Assembly (NCBI GenBank): GCA_001179505.1
Contig: CDMY01000231.1
Span: forward strand, 95,562-159,561
Length of the DNA: 64,000 bases
Origin: Vitrella brassicaformis CCMP3155
Lineage: Eukaryota; Protista; Chromerida
Direction: 5' to 3'
How positions within the stretch are numbered: the first letter of the stretch is position 1; each line of letters starts with the position of its first letter. This document shows positions 61,035 through 64,000 of the stretch, in pieces. The position numbers were made by a program, and so were the translations under genes. The notes under the pieces were generated by a model. It did not search any database and was not told the origin of the DNA. It saw only the letters and a program-made list of their open reading frames with translations.

Positions 61035-63728
61035 ATGCGGCGTTCAACCCATCGTGTTCTGAGTGTCACCAGCGGAGCAGCGACAGCTGCGCGAGTCAGT
61101 CGCCGGTCAGCCGGGATTCATCGATGTGTCGCTTCTTCCGCCGACAGTGCAGCGTCGCCTTGTGGAGGAGGCAGATCTGCGCCAGCCTATCAGTATTGGC
61201 AGCGCCGCAGCAACATCAAGCCAGATGCCAACCAGCAGGGCATCTTCTCTATCACAAGCACTGTACGTACCAAGGCAGTCAGACCGATATATATATGAGG
61301 TGAATAAGACGATGTGCGTGTTGTCTGTGTCTGTCTGCTGTGGTTTCAGGAGCTTCAGCGTCTCCCTGTGGTGGAGTTCGGCAGCCGAATCGTGCTGGTG
61401 CGCACCCTGGAGGAAGATGCTCGCATCAAAGACATATTTCAGGCCGAATGTAGGTGTATGTGCAGTCACGTCACACACGGTTGCGGTGTCTGTACTGTCC
61501 TTCCTTCCTTGCCATTGCATGATCTGATCTCGTTGGTTCGTTGATCTGATCAGCGTTGTTGGGTTACGACACTGAGTACCGTCCGTCGTTGACTCCGTCG
61601 GCCAAGAGCCCCACGTCGCTGGTGCAGCTGTCGAGCGGCAGCGTGTGTGTGCTGTGGCACATCAAAGAGCTGGGCGGCATACCACCCACACTTCTCGACA
61701 TACTGCAGGATCCTGGCAAACACAAGGTGGACGAGGCCTGTGTGCACACTGACTGATGGTCCAGTTTACCCACATCTCGATTCCGACATGAGTGTGTTTG
61801 TCACGTGACGTTGTGTGTGTGTGTATTGGTGTTGGATATGATAGGTGTCCCAGGGGGCGACGACAGAGATGACTGTGTTGAAGAGTGAGTTCCAGGTGGT
61901 GCCCAGGGGATTCATCGACCTCCACCACATCGCACTGTGAGTACTGAACCCACACAGGCAGGCAGGCAGGCATGGCACGGCACACTCATGGCATGCCATG
62001 GACGCCGTATGTGTCCCTCCCTCCCCCTCGCTCACTCTTTCTTTGATGTATGTGTGTAGTAGCCTGAAGTGTTCTGCCCGGTCACTGCAGGCCTTGGCCG
62101 GCATGTTTCTCGGACGCCAACTCAGGAAAGACCTCCAGGTCAGTCAGCTATTTATTGCTGTCTACACCTTAAGGCACTGCCGGCCGACTTAGCAATCGTG
62201 TCCTTCCGTGTATTACTCAGATGTCGGATTGGGAGCAGGTGCCTTTGTCGAGGAGTCAGGTGGTCTACGCGGCCACCGATGCGTGGGTGACGCGACAGAC
62301 CCTCCTCGCCATCAGAAGCTACTTTCAAGTCGACAAGCTCACCTGCGAAAAGTACACATCACACACACACGAGCGCACGTGGAGGGGAGGCAGATCAGAT
62401 GCGATGCACACGTGTACGTCTACTGATTGCACTCACTGTAGGTTGATAGATCCCGTGCGTGACGGCACCCCCCTGTCCCTTTCGTTGGTGACGCCCCAGA
62501 TCCAGCACCCCACACAGGCACCACCCGTCTCACCATCATCAGGCAACGGCGCCGCCGCACCGCAGCGCATCATACCACACTCCTTCACCTACCAGCCAGA
62601 CTTCATCCACAAACAGACCAGTGACGGTGACGGCAGCCCCTTCGCGGCCGAGCCCCCCACCTCCCCCTCTCCCCCCATATCCCACCCCTCTGGCCGGCTG
62701 CCGGTGGCAGCCACATTTGGCCGCGGTGGTGAACTGTTTGGTGGGGCCGCTGCGACTGGCCCGTCGCCTCGAGCGGTCAAGACGGCCCCTGCCAGGCGCA
62801 GGGGGGGCGGCAGGGGCCATGGCGCCAAGGCGGGTGAGGCGGGGTCTGCGGCAGCGGGCATCGACGACAACCCTGTGGCACTCAAGGAACGTGATGACGT
62901 CATCCGAAAGATATTGGGGCAGGCACATGGAGCACTGCCCCCGATGACTGCTGACACCCTCGTCCAGTCGGCGCAGCAGACTCTATCGGTGAGTCACCCA
63001 CTCACGCGGAGACACACGCAGACAAGGCAGGCCTCTGTGCATTTATTAACTGTATGTCTGTATGTGTGTGTCCGCTCCAGGCATTGTGCACTCGCGAGGG
63101 TCACGTGCTGGAGTTCGGCGGCGTCGAATCAGAGAGGGGCGGATTCAGGGTCAGTCAAGCTGGGAGGGAGGGAGGGAGGGAGGGAGACATGCATCCGTAC
63201 GTACGAGTCTGCCCATGAATGTGTGTATTCAGTGGATCCTGTCTGTGAGGGTGGGCCAAGACTTCCTCAGGTTCAAGGTGAGTGACACAGCCACGCATGA
63301 CCCAGAGAGGCACACATTGATAGATCCATGTGCCTACGGACGGCGACTGTCTGTCTGTCTGTCCATGAGTGCAGTCATATACGAGCCACGCCAACATCCG
63401 CGACGCGCAAAACGATGCGGCACTGCAGGTGAGGTGAGGGGTCATCCCATCCGGATGTCTGTATGTCTGTACAAACAAACTGCCCACCCCACATGCTGCC
63501 CTTGTGTTGTGTGTGTGTCAGGCTCTGTCTGCCCTGCTAACTGAGCGTGCACAGCCAGGGAATTCGGGCGGGCCCAACACAGACAGCATACAGACACCCT
63601 CTGAGGCCGCAGGGGAGGGCGAGAGTGAGCCGTCGTCGGCCAGGGTGGAGAGGCGGGACAGGAGGGCGTTGACAGCTTTGAGGAAGGCAGAACAAAGGAC
63701 CATGACTACTGCGTTCCTGCCAGACTGA
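61035..63728 (+). CDS. DEDDy 3'-5' exonuclease (WRN/EXD2-like) with a C-terminal dsRBD-like domain and a mitochondrial-type leader
   Basis: ExoI GYDTEYRP, LVQL, SLQALAGMFLG and ExoIII SDWE...YAATDAW. Small downstream exons give AQQTLS|ALCTREG...FR|WILSVRVGQ..FK|SYTSHANIRDAQNDAALQ|ALSAL. Confidence 0.8.
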
Positions 63729-64000
63729 ATCATGTGACGTACACGCGTGGGGGCTGTCAGGATTGCCAGCTTGGCAAGACGAATCACTGCGAGCTTGTGA
63801 GCCAGGGTAGATTGCTGTGTAACGGAGAGAGAGAGGTGAAGACAAGGAAAGACAAGGAAAGCATTCTGAGGAGACACGATCTTATCAGCCATCACCGAAG
63901 TGAGATCTGTGTTGACCACCCTTCATGATGCCATACATGGACAGAAACAACTTTGACTGACTGGCCAGTCCATCGGTCTTACCAAGTAAAAGCACTCTTA

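Larger units (their letters stand above)
1050..63600. repeat. Dispersed microsatellites, (CA/TG)n, (GACA/TGTC)n, (GGAT/ATCC)n, (GGGA)n, (CATT)n and (CTAT)n, in introns and 3' intergenic regions
   Basis: Examples: 1050-1070 (GACA), 1369-1398 (CTAT), 12146-12175 (TG), 23485-23510 (GGAT), 59867-59903 (GA). Confidence 0.95.

Noticed and set aside
61281-61300. Apparent frameshift or stop in an (AT)5 run of the exonuclease gene
   Set aside because: Resolved by the strong phase-0 donor gtacgt at 61263 (SITST|ELQRLP), which puts the run inside an intron.

Overview
Intron-rich, GC-rich eukaryotic genomic DNA. The short microsatellite-filled introns, bipartite plastid leaders and heptatricopeptide-repeat and ASP5-type genes fit an alveolate, most likely a chromerid such as Vitrella brassicaformis (inference). 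I reconstructed about 22 spliced genes by hand from GT-AG junctions and frame continuity. They include PDS5, UTP23, HIBADH, LSM12, EIPR1/TSSC1, CbbY, a Rubisco-LSMT-type SET enzyme, a plasmepsin V/ASP5-like protease, a GDPD1-like protein, an HPR protein, a carboxylesterase with a frameshift and a 3'-5' exonuclease with a dsRBD-like domain. There are two 300-N assembly gaps. Most notable: (1) Twenty genes form ten tight head-to-head pairs, and a shared 7-mer (AGCTCGC/GCGAGCT) lies in or next to nine of the ten divergent spacers, a candidate core or bidirectional promoter element. (2) A convergent paralogue pair in which one copy carries an in-frame insertion of about 1,100 aa and lacks an intron the other has. 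(3) Unusual domain fusions: permuted-papain plus GNAT, Trx-like 2Fe-2S plus TPR, and exonuclease plus dsRBD. All product calls come from motif recognition by eye; no database searches were run. No rRNA, tRNA, CRISPR array or recognisable transposon was seen.
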